Shown here: positions 30,664-39,753 of the stretch, one piece after another | How the letters are laid out: every line of letters begins with the position of its first letter | Position numbering within the stretch: the stretch's first letter is position 1 | DNA from: Thermodesulfobacteriota bacterium | GTDB taxonomy: Bacteria > Desulfobacterota > Desulfarculia > JACQYL01 | Length of the DNA stretch: 64,000 bases | NCBI GenBank assembly: GCA_963675595.2 | Contig: CAXXLZ010000001.1 | Coordinates: 1,056,001 to 1,120,000 of the forward strand | Reading direction: 5' to 3' | The notes under the pieces: model-generated | Database searches by the model: none | What the model was told of the DNA's origin: nothing | What the model saw: the letters and a program-made list of their open reading frames with translations, nothing else | Position numbers and translations under genes: made by a program

Positions 30664-30861
30664 ATGAAAGAAACAAGAGAGCCCAATTCCGCTCGGGATA
30701 TCTCGACGGTGGATAAGTCCGAAAGTCGGGCGAGAGTCCGTTTCGAGGTCTACGGCGAGGAAATGATCGACAAGGAAGTGAAACTGAGCGGAAACAGCGG
30801 CCGAGTCTACCTCCCGCCGGACTGGGTCGGCAAACATGTGAAGATCATCCGTATTGATTGA
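30664..30861 (+). CDS. DUF2080-family small protein (AbrB-like)
   Basis: EVYGEEMIDKEVKLSGNSGRVYLPPDWVGKHVKIIRID. Confidence 0.78.
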   Translation: MKETREPNSARDISTVDKSESRARVRFEVYGEEMIDKEVKLSGNSGRVYLPPDWVGKHVKIIRID

Positions 30862-30887
30862 ACCCAAAAAGATTTGAAGGTCGGCCA

Positions 30888-31328
30888 ATGATCCCCGGAA
30901 TGGAAATCAGGGAACTGCGCTACGAAGATGTTGAGCAGGTGGTTCGAATTCATGAGATGCTCATCCGGAAACCGACCCCCGAAGTGGTGGCGGAACTGGT
31001 TCGGGAGAACTTGGAAAAAAAAAACGGAGTGGGTTTCGTCGCGGTTTCAGACGGAATGTTGCTCGGATTCATGATGGGCGAATTCAAGAGAGGCGCTTTC
31101 GGTCTGGAAGAGAGTTTTTGGATCGAGATGATGGGAGTTCACCACAAACACATGGGAGTCGGAGTCGGACGGGCTATTGGAGCCCGCCTGTTCGAATTCT
31201 GCAAAAGCAAGGGTGTATGCGACGTGTACACGGCAGTCCGATGGGATTCGGTGGATATTCTGTCCTTCTTCAAGATAATGGGGTTTGACCGGAGCAATTT
31301 CATCAATCTACGAAAAAAACTGATGTGA
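30888..31328 (+). CDS. GNAT-family N-acetyltransferase
   Basis: Motif A variant (GVHHKHMGVGVG) and FFKIMGF. Start could alternatively be TTG 30858 or ATG 30900. Confidence 0.85.
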   Translation: MIPGMEIRELRYEDVEQVVRIHEMLIRKPTPEVVAELVRENLEKKNGVGFVAVSDGMLLGFMMGEFKRGAFGLEESFWIEMMGVHHKHMGVGVGRAIGARLFEFCKSKGVCDVYTAVRWDSVDILSFFKIMGFDRSNFINLRKKLM

Positions 31329-31688
31329 CTTGGCCGAAAGGTCTCCTTCCAACACACTCCGTCGTGCCTATTGAACTCACATTCCGCAAGGGCCGAAGCC
31401 TCTCACACGCCTTCCCCATCTGCCGCCGACGGGGGATGGTTTCCCGCACACCGAACGCCGCCGCCCCGCGGTACGCAAGGGGAGATGCCGGGGCTTGGAA
31501 CACCCTTGCCGAGTATGAGGTTATTCATTTCAAATAGTCTCGAATTAACGACTTCACAACCACGAGAACGAGGTTTCCTGCTGAAACGGAAAAGGCCTGA
31601 TTCCCATAGCCATGGTTGGAAATAGGGTTCTCCGGCTCAAAGCCGGTGAGAACGTCCACTTCGGAAGTCCGGTACGAAGGGTAGCAAA

Positions 31689-33683
31689 ATGAGGTATGCA
31701 GAGACAGGGTTCAATTTGGAGGTCGATCTATCCCGTGGAAGTATTGAAAGGGTGGAAACCGATCCGAAATTAACGGAGCTTCATCTTGGTGGGTTGGGCA
31801 CCAACGCGAAGATTTTGTGGGACAGAGTGCCGCCGGAAGTCGATCCTTTTTCTCCCGATAATCTTCTCATCTTCGGCACCGGTCTCCTGTGCGGGACACC
31901 CGCGGTCGGCTGCAATCGTACGATTCTTTCCACGATTTCGCCTCAGACCAGGTTGATGGCTTATTCGATGATGGGGGGGTTCTGGGCTCCGGAGTTGAAG
32001 TACGCCGGCTACGACAAGGTGATTGTCCGCGGTAAGTCCCCCGAACCGGTTTACTTGTGGATAAACAACGACAAAGTGGAAATACGCGATGCGTCTCATT
32101 TGCGGGGTAAGGGCGCCATCGAGGCTTCCGAACTCATCGTGCGAGAGTTGAAGGAACCGAAGGCTCAAGTGTCCGCCATAGGCTTGGCCGGTGAAAACAG
32201 GGTCTATTTCGCTTCCGTCGAGCAGGGCAGGTCCAGCGCGAGCCGAGGCGGTATCGGTGCCGTGATGGGGGATAAAGGTCTAAAGGCGATCGCGGTTCGT
32301 GGAACGAAAGACATCAACGTCGCTCGACCGCAGAGATTTATGGAACTGTGCGGTGAGGTGCTCGAGTATATTCAATTTCGGGAAAAGAATCCAATTAAGG
32401 GCGTACCCGCCATCTTGGCCGGGCTCGGATCACCTCAGGAAATGGCCATTCACGATGAACAGTGGCACGCGAACAATTTCGCCTGGGGCAATGCACGACA
32501 TCGCATCAAGGATTATTGGACCGAAGAAATCGAAAAGAAGTGGACGAACACCTTGGAAGACGTCCGGCAGCGATTCATTAGTTGCTATAACTGCCCGATG
32601 AAATGCGGGGCGACAATCAAGGTTCCGGGGCTTCCCACCTACATGATGAAGTGCTATTCGAAGCTGACCTACACCATGGCCTCCATGACGGACCTGGATT
32701 TTGGTTTCAGGATCGCACAGCGTGCCACGGAATATGGAGTGGACGCCTTTTCCGCACCGCAGGTGATGGCTTTTGCCCTCGAACTTTATGAAGCCGGCAT
32801 TTTGACCGACGAGGACCTGCCGGGGATGCCCTCCGACAGAGAGGGGAGATTCCTGTGGCTGCTTGACCGAATCGTCCGGCGGGAAGGAATCGGAGATGTT
32901 TTGGCCAACGGCACCCATTGGGCGGCCGAACAGATCGGCAAGGGAGCCGAGGCGTACGCTCACAACAACATCAAGAAGCATGAGCAGCTGCCTCTCAAAC
33001 TGGGAATGCTGAATCCCATTTACTTCCTGATGTATTGCACGGGCGAGAAGATCAATATCACCCAGATCGAAGGGCAGTTTCCCCAGGCGCCTTTTGCGCG
33101 AAGAGAAGACAGAGAGGAGTTCGTAAAGGATTGGTTCCAGGTTCCCGACGACAGATTTAAGCAGTATTTCCTGGACTGGGATCCACGAGGCGAAAACTCC
33201 ATTCCGTTTTATCCCTCCGTTCAAGCAACTTGTGAAATCGTCGACTGGCAAGAGAAGATGCACTTCATCGACGATACACTCGGCATGTGTGCCGGATTGT
33301 CGTCCTTTCCTCTGAAACCTCCTTACCACATACACAACTATCCTGAATTTATCTCCGCTGCGACCGGGATCGATATGGACGAAGAAGGACTATCCCGGGC
33401 CGCCAAGAGAAACCGGACTCTCGTTCGGGCCGTCAACGTAAGGAGAGGCATGAGGAGAAAAGACGAGAAGCCCCCTGAGGACCACTGGAAGAAGAGATTT
33501 CCCGAGCTTGAGCAAGAACTTCTGAATGAATACTATCGATTCAAAGGATGGAACAGGCAGGGGATTCCCACCAGAGAGTCTTTACACGAATTGTCTTTGG
33601 ACTACGTTGGAGAGGAATTGGTTCGCCGGGGAATACTATCGGAGGGGGAAGAGATCGCCGGCGAGGAAACCGCGTCGGAATAG
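31689..33683 (+). CDS. bamB: Class II benzoyl-CoA reductase, tungstopterin catalytic subunit (AOR family)
   Basis: Closely resembles Geobacter BamB as I recall it: MRYAETG, GGLGTNAKILWDRVPPEV, EQGRSSASRGG, GSPQEM, SCYNCPMKC, YMMKC, KKHEQLPLKL, GEKINITQIEGQFPQ and CAGLSSFPLKPPYHIHN. Confidence 0.92.
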   Translation: MRYAETGFNLEVDLSRGSIERVETDPKLTELHLGGLGTNAKILWDRVPPEVDPFSPDNLLIFGTGLLCGTPAVGCNRTILSTISPQTRLMAYSMMGGFWAPELKYAGYDKVIVRGKSPEPVYLWINNDKVEIRDASHLRGKGAIEASELIVRELKEPKAQVSAIGLAGENRVYFASVEQGRSSASRGGIGAVMGDKGLKAIAVRGTKDINVARPQRFMELCGEVLEYIQFREKNPIKGVPAILAGLGSPQEMAIHDEQWHANNFAWGNARHRIKDYWTEEIEKKWTNTLEDVRQRFISCYNCPMKCGATIKVPGLPTYMMKCYSKLTYTMASMTDLDFGFRIAQRATEYGVDAFSAPQVMAFALELYEAGILTDEDLPGMPSDREGRFLWLLDRIVRREGIGDVLANGTHWAAEQIGKGAEAYAHNNIKKHEQLPLKLGMLNPIYFLMYCTGEKINITQIEGQFPQAPFARREDREEFVKDWFQVPDDRFKQYFLDWDPRGENSIPFYPSVQATCEIVDWQEKMHFIDDTLGMCAGLSSFPLKPPYHIHNYPEFISAATGIDMDEEGLSRAAKRNRTLVRAVNVRRGMRRKDEKPPEDHWKKRFPELEQELLNEYYRFKGWNRQGIPTRESLHELSLDYVGEELVRRGILSEGEEIAGEETASE

Positions 33684-33711
33684 TATGGAAACGGGACGGA
33701 TGGAGTGCGCC

Positions 33712-34263
33712 GTGCAGAAAAATAAGAAGAAAGTCGTAAAGACCATAAGAGTCGATGTTGATAAGTGTAATGGTTGTCGGGCGTGTGAAATGGTCTGCTC
33801 CGCCTTTCACGCCTCCCCGAAGTACAGCAGCAATAATCCGTCAAGGTCTCGAATCAGGGTGATCCATGAGCCGTTAAAAGACATCTATGTGCCCGTATAT
33901 GCGGGTGAGTACGCAAATGCGGAATGCAGCGGCCGGGACAAATATACGATTGATGGAAAGGAATACGAGGAGTGTGCCTTCTGCAGAGCATCCTGTCCAT
34001 CCAGGGATATCTTTAAAGAACCCGATTCCGGTCTTCCTCTCAAATGCGATATGTGTGAAAGCGACCCGCCGCTTTCGGCGCCGATGTGCGTTCAGTGGTG
34101 CTTGAACGAGGCGCTGATTTACGAAGAAAGGGAAGAAGAGACGGAGGACGAGCCCGCGCAGGATGAACTGGAACTTGGATTGGAATCATTGGCGGACAAA
34201 TATGGATTGCAGAAGATCATGGATGCCGTTACCCGCATGTCCATGTCCAAAAAGCACTGCTAA
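33712..34263 (+). CDS. bamC: Class II benzoyl-CoA reductase Fe-S subunit
   Basis: CNGCRACEMVC, CAFCRASCPSR, EPDSGLPLKCDMC and CVQWC. Directly after bamB. Alternative start ATG 33685. Confidence 0.9.
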   Translation: MQKNKKKVVKTIRVDVDKCNGCRACEMVCSAFHASPKYSSNNPSRSRIRVIHEPLKDIYVPVYAGEYANAECSGRDKYTIDGKEYEECAFCRASCPSRDIFKEPDSGLPLKCDMCESDPPLSAPMCVQWCLNEALIYEEREEETEDEPAQDELELGLESLADKYGLQKIMDAVTRMSMSKKHC

Positions 34264-34294
34264 GTTAAGCCGATTCGCTCGATCTCGGTGGAAG

Positions 34295-35716
34295 TCAGTC
34301 TAGTAAGGTTTCCCCTTCCCCACGAAGAGGAATGTTCCACTTCTTCATGTACCTCCAGATCCCCGTACGACTAAGTCCGACCTGGCGGGCGACCTCGGCC
34401 TTGTTCCAATTACAGAGATCTAGCTGCTCGATCAACATTTCTTTGGTCAATTTCTTCTTTCGGGCTGGAAGGAGTCTTGCCGAAGCCGCAGTTTCCGCGC
34501 AATTCGGCGCCCGATCGGGTCGTCGGATTTCAATGGGAAGGTCCATGGATTCGATTATATCTCGGTTGCAGAGCACAAAAGCGTGCTCGATGGCGTTTTC
34601 CAGTTCGCGTACGTTCCCGGGCCAGTCATAATCGATGAACATCCGCATGGCTTGCAGGGACAGGTTTTGGATTTGCTTGCGCGTTCTTTCATTCATCCTT
34701 TTCAGAAAATGGCTCACCAGCAGAGGGATGTCCTTTTTGCGCCGTCGCAGAGGCGGAAGTGAAATAGGAAACACCTTGAGACGGTAATAGAGGTCCTCAC
34801 GAAATCGCCCCTCCCGCACCATGGTATACAGGTCTTGATGAGTGGCGGTAATGATCCGGATATCGATCGGCCGCTTTTTCGACTCTCCCACCCGTTCGAT
34901 CTCTCGTTCCTGCAACACGCGTAGCAGCTTGACTTGGATGAAAGGCGTCAGTTCACCGATTTCGTCGAGAAACAACGTCCCACCGTCGGCCTGCTCGAAC
35001 CGTCCGACACGGTCCCCCACAGCGCCGGTGTAAGCGCCCTTGACATGGCCGAAAAGCTCGCTCTCCAATATGGATTCGGAGAGAACGCTGCAGTTGACGA
35101 CCACCATCGGGGCGTTCTTCCGTTCGCTGTTGTAGTGAATGGCTCCCGCCGCCAACTCCTTTCCGGTACCGCTCTCCCCCTGAATCAGAACGGTGGCGTC
35201 GCTTGCGGCTGCCGCCCGGATCAAGGAAAACACCCGCCGCATGGGTTGGCTCTTTCCGATGAGCTTGTCCATGCGATGCACTTCCGCCAATCGAAGCGCG
35301 ACTTCCTCAGCTTTCTGCCGGGCCGAGTTGAGTTCCGTTAGATCGGTAATGGTTTCAACCACCCCGACAGCTTCACCCATTTGGTTTCGCACCACGCTCG
35401 CGTTCTTGATGACGGGCACCTCACGGCCGTCTTTGTGTCTGATACGGCACTCCGTGGCCTCGGGCGAATCCTTGGCCATAATGCCGCATTCCTGAATGCC
35501 AGAAGGGCAAGTCTTTCCGAAACACTGCGAACATTGGAGCAGTTGACAGGTTAGACCCAGTGATTCCTTTGAATCGTAACCGCTGATGCGCTCCATGGCC
35601 TTGTTCCAGGAGGAAACACGGCCCTCCGGATCCAAGGTAAACACGCCGTCCGCCATGCAATCGAGAATCCGCTTCATGAAACGGACGTCCAAAAGGCCGG
35701 ATGCTTGATCGCTCAT
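34295..35716 (-). CDS. Sigma-54-dependent enhancer-binding protein with a Cys-rich PAS domain
   Basis: PAS domain, GESGTGKE, ESELFGHVKGAYTGA, LDEIGE, WPGNVREL and a Fis-type HTH. Confidence 0.95.
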   Translation of the reverse strand: MSDQASGLLDVRFMKRILDCMADGVFTLDPEGRVSSWNKAMERISGYDSKESLGLTCQLLQCSQCFGKTCPSGIQECGIMAKDSPEATECRIRHKDGREVPVIKNASVVRNQMGEAVGVVETITDLTELNSARQKAEEVALRLAEVHRMDKLIGKSQPMRRVFSLIRAAAASDATVLIQGESGTGKELAAGAIHYNSERKNAPMVVVNCSVLSESILESELFGHVKGAYTGAVGDRVGRFEQADGGTLFLDEIGELTPFIQVKLLRVLQEREIERVGESKKRPIDIRIITATHQDLYTMVREGRFREDLYYRLKVFPISLPPLRRRKKDIPLLVSHFLKRMNERTRKQIQNLSLQAMRMFIDYDWPGNVRELENAIEHAFVLCNRDIIESMDLPIEIRRPDRAPNCAETAASARLLPARKKKLTKEMLIEQLDLCNWNKAEVARQVGLSRTGIWRYMKKWNIPLRGEGETLLD

Positions 35717-36184
35717 CGATCTAATTTTTCTACGCCAATGCGTTAAGTTAACGTTACCTTCGAGCGGTCACTTCATATCGGATCAGCGTGTTTCACGCTT
35801 TCAGGTCATCTGACATACTCCATTACCATGGGACGTTGTTTCCGTCCTTCGGACCGCGCCACAGGATTATTTTCCATTTGCCGGCTTTGTTATACATCCG
35901 ATGTTCAGCCTAACGCATACAAGGACCGCACGCAATCCCGAGAACGACCCCTGTCCATGATTTACCGTACCTCGGCTGTCCGAAACGTCCGAAGAATGTA
36001 GCATCTTCAATACATTGTCGCCTCTTGGGCCCAAAGATAAACCATCGGGCATTGTCCTTCCTGGAAGAGCGGTTCGGTCTTTCTCCGCTTATTTCGTTCG
36101 GGGATACCGGCTTTTTGGCGTAATGAAGTGCAGGCTATTCGTTGGGGAAGTCATCGGCATAAGGCCTTGAGTTTTGTTGATGGA

Positions 36185-39100
36185 TTAAGGTAACCCATTG
36201 ATCTCCCGTTTGATTCGCTCCACAAGGATCCGAGCATTCATTTTTTCGGCCAGGGATAGGGACTTGTTCAGATCATTCATGGCGAGCTTGGGACGGCTTG
36301 CCTTCAACACTTTACCTCGTACGTGGAGCGCCATTGCCTCATGCTTCTTTGCACCCATTTTCTTGGCCGAACGAAAGGCTTTTCCGGCAAGAGAAAGAGC
36401 CTTTTCCCTTTCTCCCGTCTTTCGGCGGAGCTCGGCCAGAACAATGAAAAGTCTGGTTTTGTATCGCCATAGGGTATAAGCGATACGTTGTCGGCTGACC
36501 TCCTCCCGGGACTGCCGAAGGATCTTTTCGGCGTCATCCAGCCTGTCCATTTGAATCATGTTCTCGCCGATATTGATTCGGGCGTTGTTGATGGTTTCCG
36601 GGTCTCCGGTCGGCAGGGCTTCCTCCAGGGATTGTCTATTGAATTCCAGCGCCGTCTCAACGTCCCCCTTCTCCGCGAGAACCCACCCTAGTGTGTTCAA
36701 AAGTCTCGGCCGCCAGAACGGATCGCCTCCCGCTTCCAGATGACCCAACCCGGCCCTTAGGGTCTTTTCCGCCTCTTCCAACCGACCCAAAGCGCCGAGG
36801 ATAAGCCCCTGTCTGAAATGAAGCATGACCTCGAAATAGGCGCTGTTCAGCTTCCGGTTGAGTCTGGCGAGCTCCTTGCTGAAGGCGAGAGCTTCGTCGA
36901 AGTCGCCGGTCCAGTTATAGTATTGTATGAGAGAGGCCAGACTCCATGCCCTCCCTTCCGGATCTTTGACCTCATCGGCGAGATCCAGGGTCTCGATAAG
37001 AAGCGGTTTGGCCTTCTTCAGTCTCCCCAGGACGGAGTAAAGTTGTCCGAGGAAGCTGCTTGCCTTCTGATGAATCTCTGAGATGCCCAGGGCTTTGCTT
37101 TGCTCTACGGCTTTGATCAGATAATGCTCGGAGGATCGAGGCCGATGGCTATAAAAGGCGACCCAGCCCAGCCGGAACAGGGCCTCCAGTTCCACCTCGC
37201 GATTTTCCTGTTTTTTGGCCAGCGAAAGCATCTTCTGAAAAGCGAGACGGCTTTTCTCCATTTCCCTCACACAGAAGTGCATGCTGCCGATCCATTTGTA
37301 GAGCAGCATCCCCTCTTTGCCCGTCTGGTCCAAATTTCCTTTTTTCAGGATATCCAATGCCAAGTTGAAGCAGGTCAGCGCCTCCCGACATGAAAAGGAT
37401 TGCCTCGCTCGGTGGCCGGCATCCAAGGTATAGGATAAGGCCTTGGGCCACTGTTCGGCGTGATAGTAATGAAAGGACAAGAAACCCAACTGATTATGAA
37501 GGTTGTCGTGATGGAGTTCTTCAACAGTCTCAGCCACGATACGGTGATAGGTCTTGCGGGACCTATGGAGCAGGCTGTGGTAGGTGACTTGCTGCATCAT
37601 CTGATGCCGGAACGCGTACCGATTTCCCGAATCGGGAGATATTCGATCAATAATTCCCTCGTCCTCGAGAACGGCCAGCCCGTGTTTCATGTTTGCTTCA
37701 TCTTCAACGAGACGTTTCAGAACATCATGGGAGAAGACGCTGCCGATAACGGACGCCAACCGGCAGACCCGTTTTGCCGCCTCGGGAAGGGAATCCAGCC
37801 GGGCGGCCAGCACATCACGAATCGTCTCAGGAATCGCCATATCCTCCAATTCGAGTCGCAGACGGCATTGTTGATCATCGCAGACGACCATTCTTTGCCG
37901 GTTAAGATGCGTTCCCATCTCCACTAAGAAAAGTGGGTTACCTCCCGCACTGGAAATGATCTTCTCCGATGTTGAGGGTTTGAGACGATCCGCCCCAAGG
38001 GCGGCGTTGAATATCTTCAGGGCGTCCTCCGCCCGAAACGGAGCGGGACGAATCACCGAATCAGGCTCGATGGGGCACCAGCGAGTAGATGTCGTCCTCC
38101 CGGAAAGGATTATCAACAGGGGGCCCTGTTGCGTTGATTGATGCAAAAAACCGAAGAATTCCTTTGTTGTTGCATCTACCCACTGCATGTCATCCACCGC
38201 CATGACGATGGGCCTGATGGACATGCATGACCAAAGGAGATCCCGGATTGCCAAAAAAATATCGCGCTTCTCTCCTTCCCTGATCAGTTCGGAACGATCT
38301 TCCTCAGCCCGGATTCGACCAAAAAGAGAAAGGATTCGTTCGAGTTTCGGGAGGAGTTCTTTATCTCTGATCTTCTCTCGGATTCTGCTTCTGATCTCTC
38401 CCAATCCGTCTCTATCCGAAAATTGAAAATAGTGCTTGAACATCTGAGAAAACGGATGAAAAGCCGCAGCTTCGCCATAAGGCTGACAACGACCGGCCAA
38501 GTAGAATACGCTTTCGTGGTCGAGCGAACTTCTGAACTGCTCCAGAAGTCTCGTTTTTCCAATACCCGCCTCTCCTTCCAGGGCTATCACACAAAGCGAG
38601 CCCTTCTGAACCGAATGAAACGCCTTGTCAAGAAGCGCCATCTCCGTCTGCCGGTTGATGAAAGGAATCGGTATCGTTGATGGTTTTACTCGGGAATCGA
38701 TCTCTCTTTTTTCACTCAAAAGGGAAAAGGCCGCTACGATGTTTTCTTTGCCTTTGACCTCGAAGTCCCCAATCTTTCGAAACCGAAAGAATGGTTGGGC
38801 CGCATCTCTGATGGTTTGCGAAACCCATATTTTTCCAGGGGTGGCGATGGATTCCAAGCGCGCCGCCAAGTTGGTCGTGTCTCCCAACGCCGTGTAATCA
38901 AGACGCAAATTGTCTCCGATGGAAGCAACAACCACCGACCCTGTGTTAATCCCAATGCGCATCTTAAAAGAAATGCCGTAGAGTTTGCTCATCTCAGATT
39001 CATATTCTCGCAGGCGGGCTTGAATTCTGAGAGCAACATGGCAGGCGCGTCTGGTGTGATCTTCGTAGGCGATGGGGGCGCCGAAGAGAGCCATAACCCC

Positions 39101-39517
39101 ATCCCCCGTGTATTGATTAATTGTGCCGCCGGCGCCGTGAATCTCTTCACCCAGAATCTCAAAGCAGCCTTCCATGAGGGAATGGACATCTTCGGGGTCA
39201 AGTGCTTCTGCGATGGAGGTGAAATTGGCGACATCGGCAAACAGCACGGTTACGTGTTTCCTTTCGCCTTCCAGAGGACTGTGCCCTTTAAGGACTTTTT
39301 CCACCAGGAATGGAGGGGTGTAGTCAGAGGACGTACGTTTGGCGTAGGTGGGGATATCCGTTCCTTGGTTCAGCGAGCTTCCGCATTGACCACAGAACTT
39401 GAAGTCCAAGGGATTAGCGGCACCACATTTCGGACACTGCAGAGCCAGAGAAGCACCACAACGCCGACAAAATCTCGTGCCTTCCGGATTATTGGATCGG
39501 CAGCTAGGGCATTTCAT
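36185..39517 (-). CDS. Class III adenylate/guanylate cyclase with double zinc ribbon, AAA/STAND-type ATPase and TPR repeats
   Basis: Four CxxC pairs, TVLFADV..FT, GDGVMALFGAP, RIGINTG, GDTTNLAARL, Walker A GEAGIGKT, DDMQW, GNPLF and C-terminal helical repeats. Confidence 0.92.
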   Translation of the reverse strand: MKCPSCRSNNPEGTRFCRRCGASLALQCPKCGAANPLDFKFCGQCGSSLNQGTDIPTYAKRTSSDYTPPFLVEKVLKGHSPLEGERKHVTVLFADVANFTSIAEALDPEDVHSLMEGCFEILGEEIHGAGGTINQYTGDGVMALFGAPIAYEDHTRRACHVALRIQARLREYESEMSKLYGISFKMRIGINTGSVVVASIGDNLRLDYTALGDTTNLAARLESIATPGKIWVSQTIRDAAQPFFRFRKIGDFEVKGKENIVAAFSLLSEKREIDSRVKPSTIPIPFINRQTEMALLDKAFHSVQKGSLCVIALEGEAGIGKTRLLEQFRSSLDHESVFYLAGRCQPYGEAAAFHPFSQMFKHYFQFSDRDGLGEIRSRIREKIRDKELLPKLERILSLFGRIRAEEDRSELIREGEKRDIFLAIRDLLWSCMSIRPIVMAVDDMQWVDATTKEFFGFLHQSTQQGPLLIILSGRTTSTRWCPIEPDSVIRPAPFRAEDALKIFNAALGADRLKPSTSEKIISSAGGNPLFLVEMGTHLNRQRMVVCDDQQCRLRLELEDMAIPETIRDVLAARLDSLPEAAKRVCRLASVIGSVFSHDVLKRLVEDEANMKHGLAVLEDEGIIDRISPDSGNRYAFRHQMMQQVTYHSLLHRSRKTYHRIVAETVEELHHDNLHNQLGFLSFHYYHAEQWPKALSYTLDAGHRARQSFSCREALTCFNLALDILKKGNLDQTGKEGMLLYKWIGSMHFCVREMEKSRLAFQKMLSLAKKQENREVELEALFRLGWVAFYSHRPRSSEHYLIKAVEQSKALGISEIHQKASSFLGQLYSVLGRLKKAKPLLIETLDLADEVKDPEGRAWSLASLIQYYNWTGDFDEALAFSKELARLNRKLNSAYFEVMLHFRQGLILGALGRLEEAEKTLRAGLGHLEAGGDPFWRPRLLNTLGWVLAEKGDVETALEFNRQSLEEALPTGDPETINNARINIGENMIQMDRLDDAEKILRQSREEVSRQRIAYTLWRYKTRLFIVLAELRRKTGEREKALSLAGKAFRSAKKMGAKKHEAMALHVRGKVLKASRPKLAMNDLNKSLSLAEKMNARILVERIKREINGLP

Positions 39518-39753
39518 AGAATCCTCTTGGAAGACTTTAACGGACTTCCTCAGAGAAGTATAGCAACGACCAACCCGGGCCTTGTGACCCGGCGGCGGAA
39601 AACGGCTCCCGACGTGAGAGGCTATGTGCCGCCCATTTGTTATTGGATATTTTGGTGAACTAAAGACGCTGCTTCATGGCTCCTCGAATACTATCATCAA
39701 ACCATCTCACCGGTTATTTGGCGTTCCATCCTACGTATAACTTTATAGATCGG

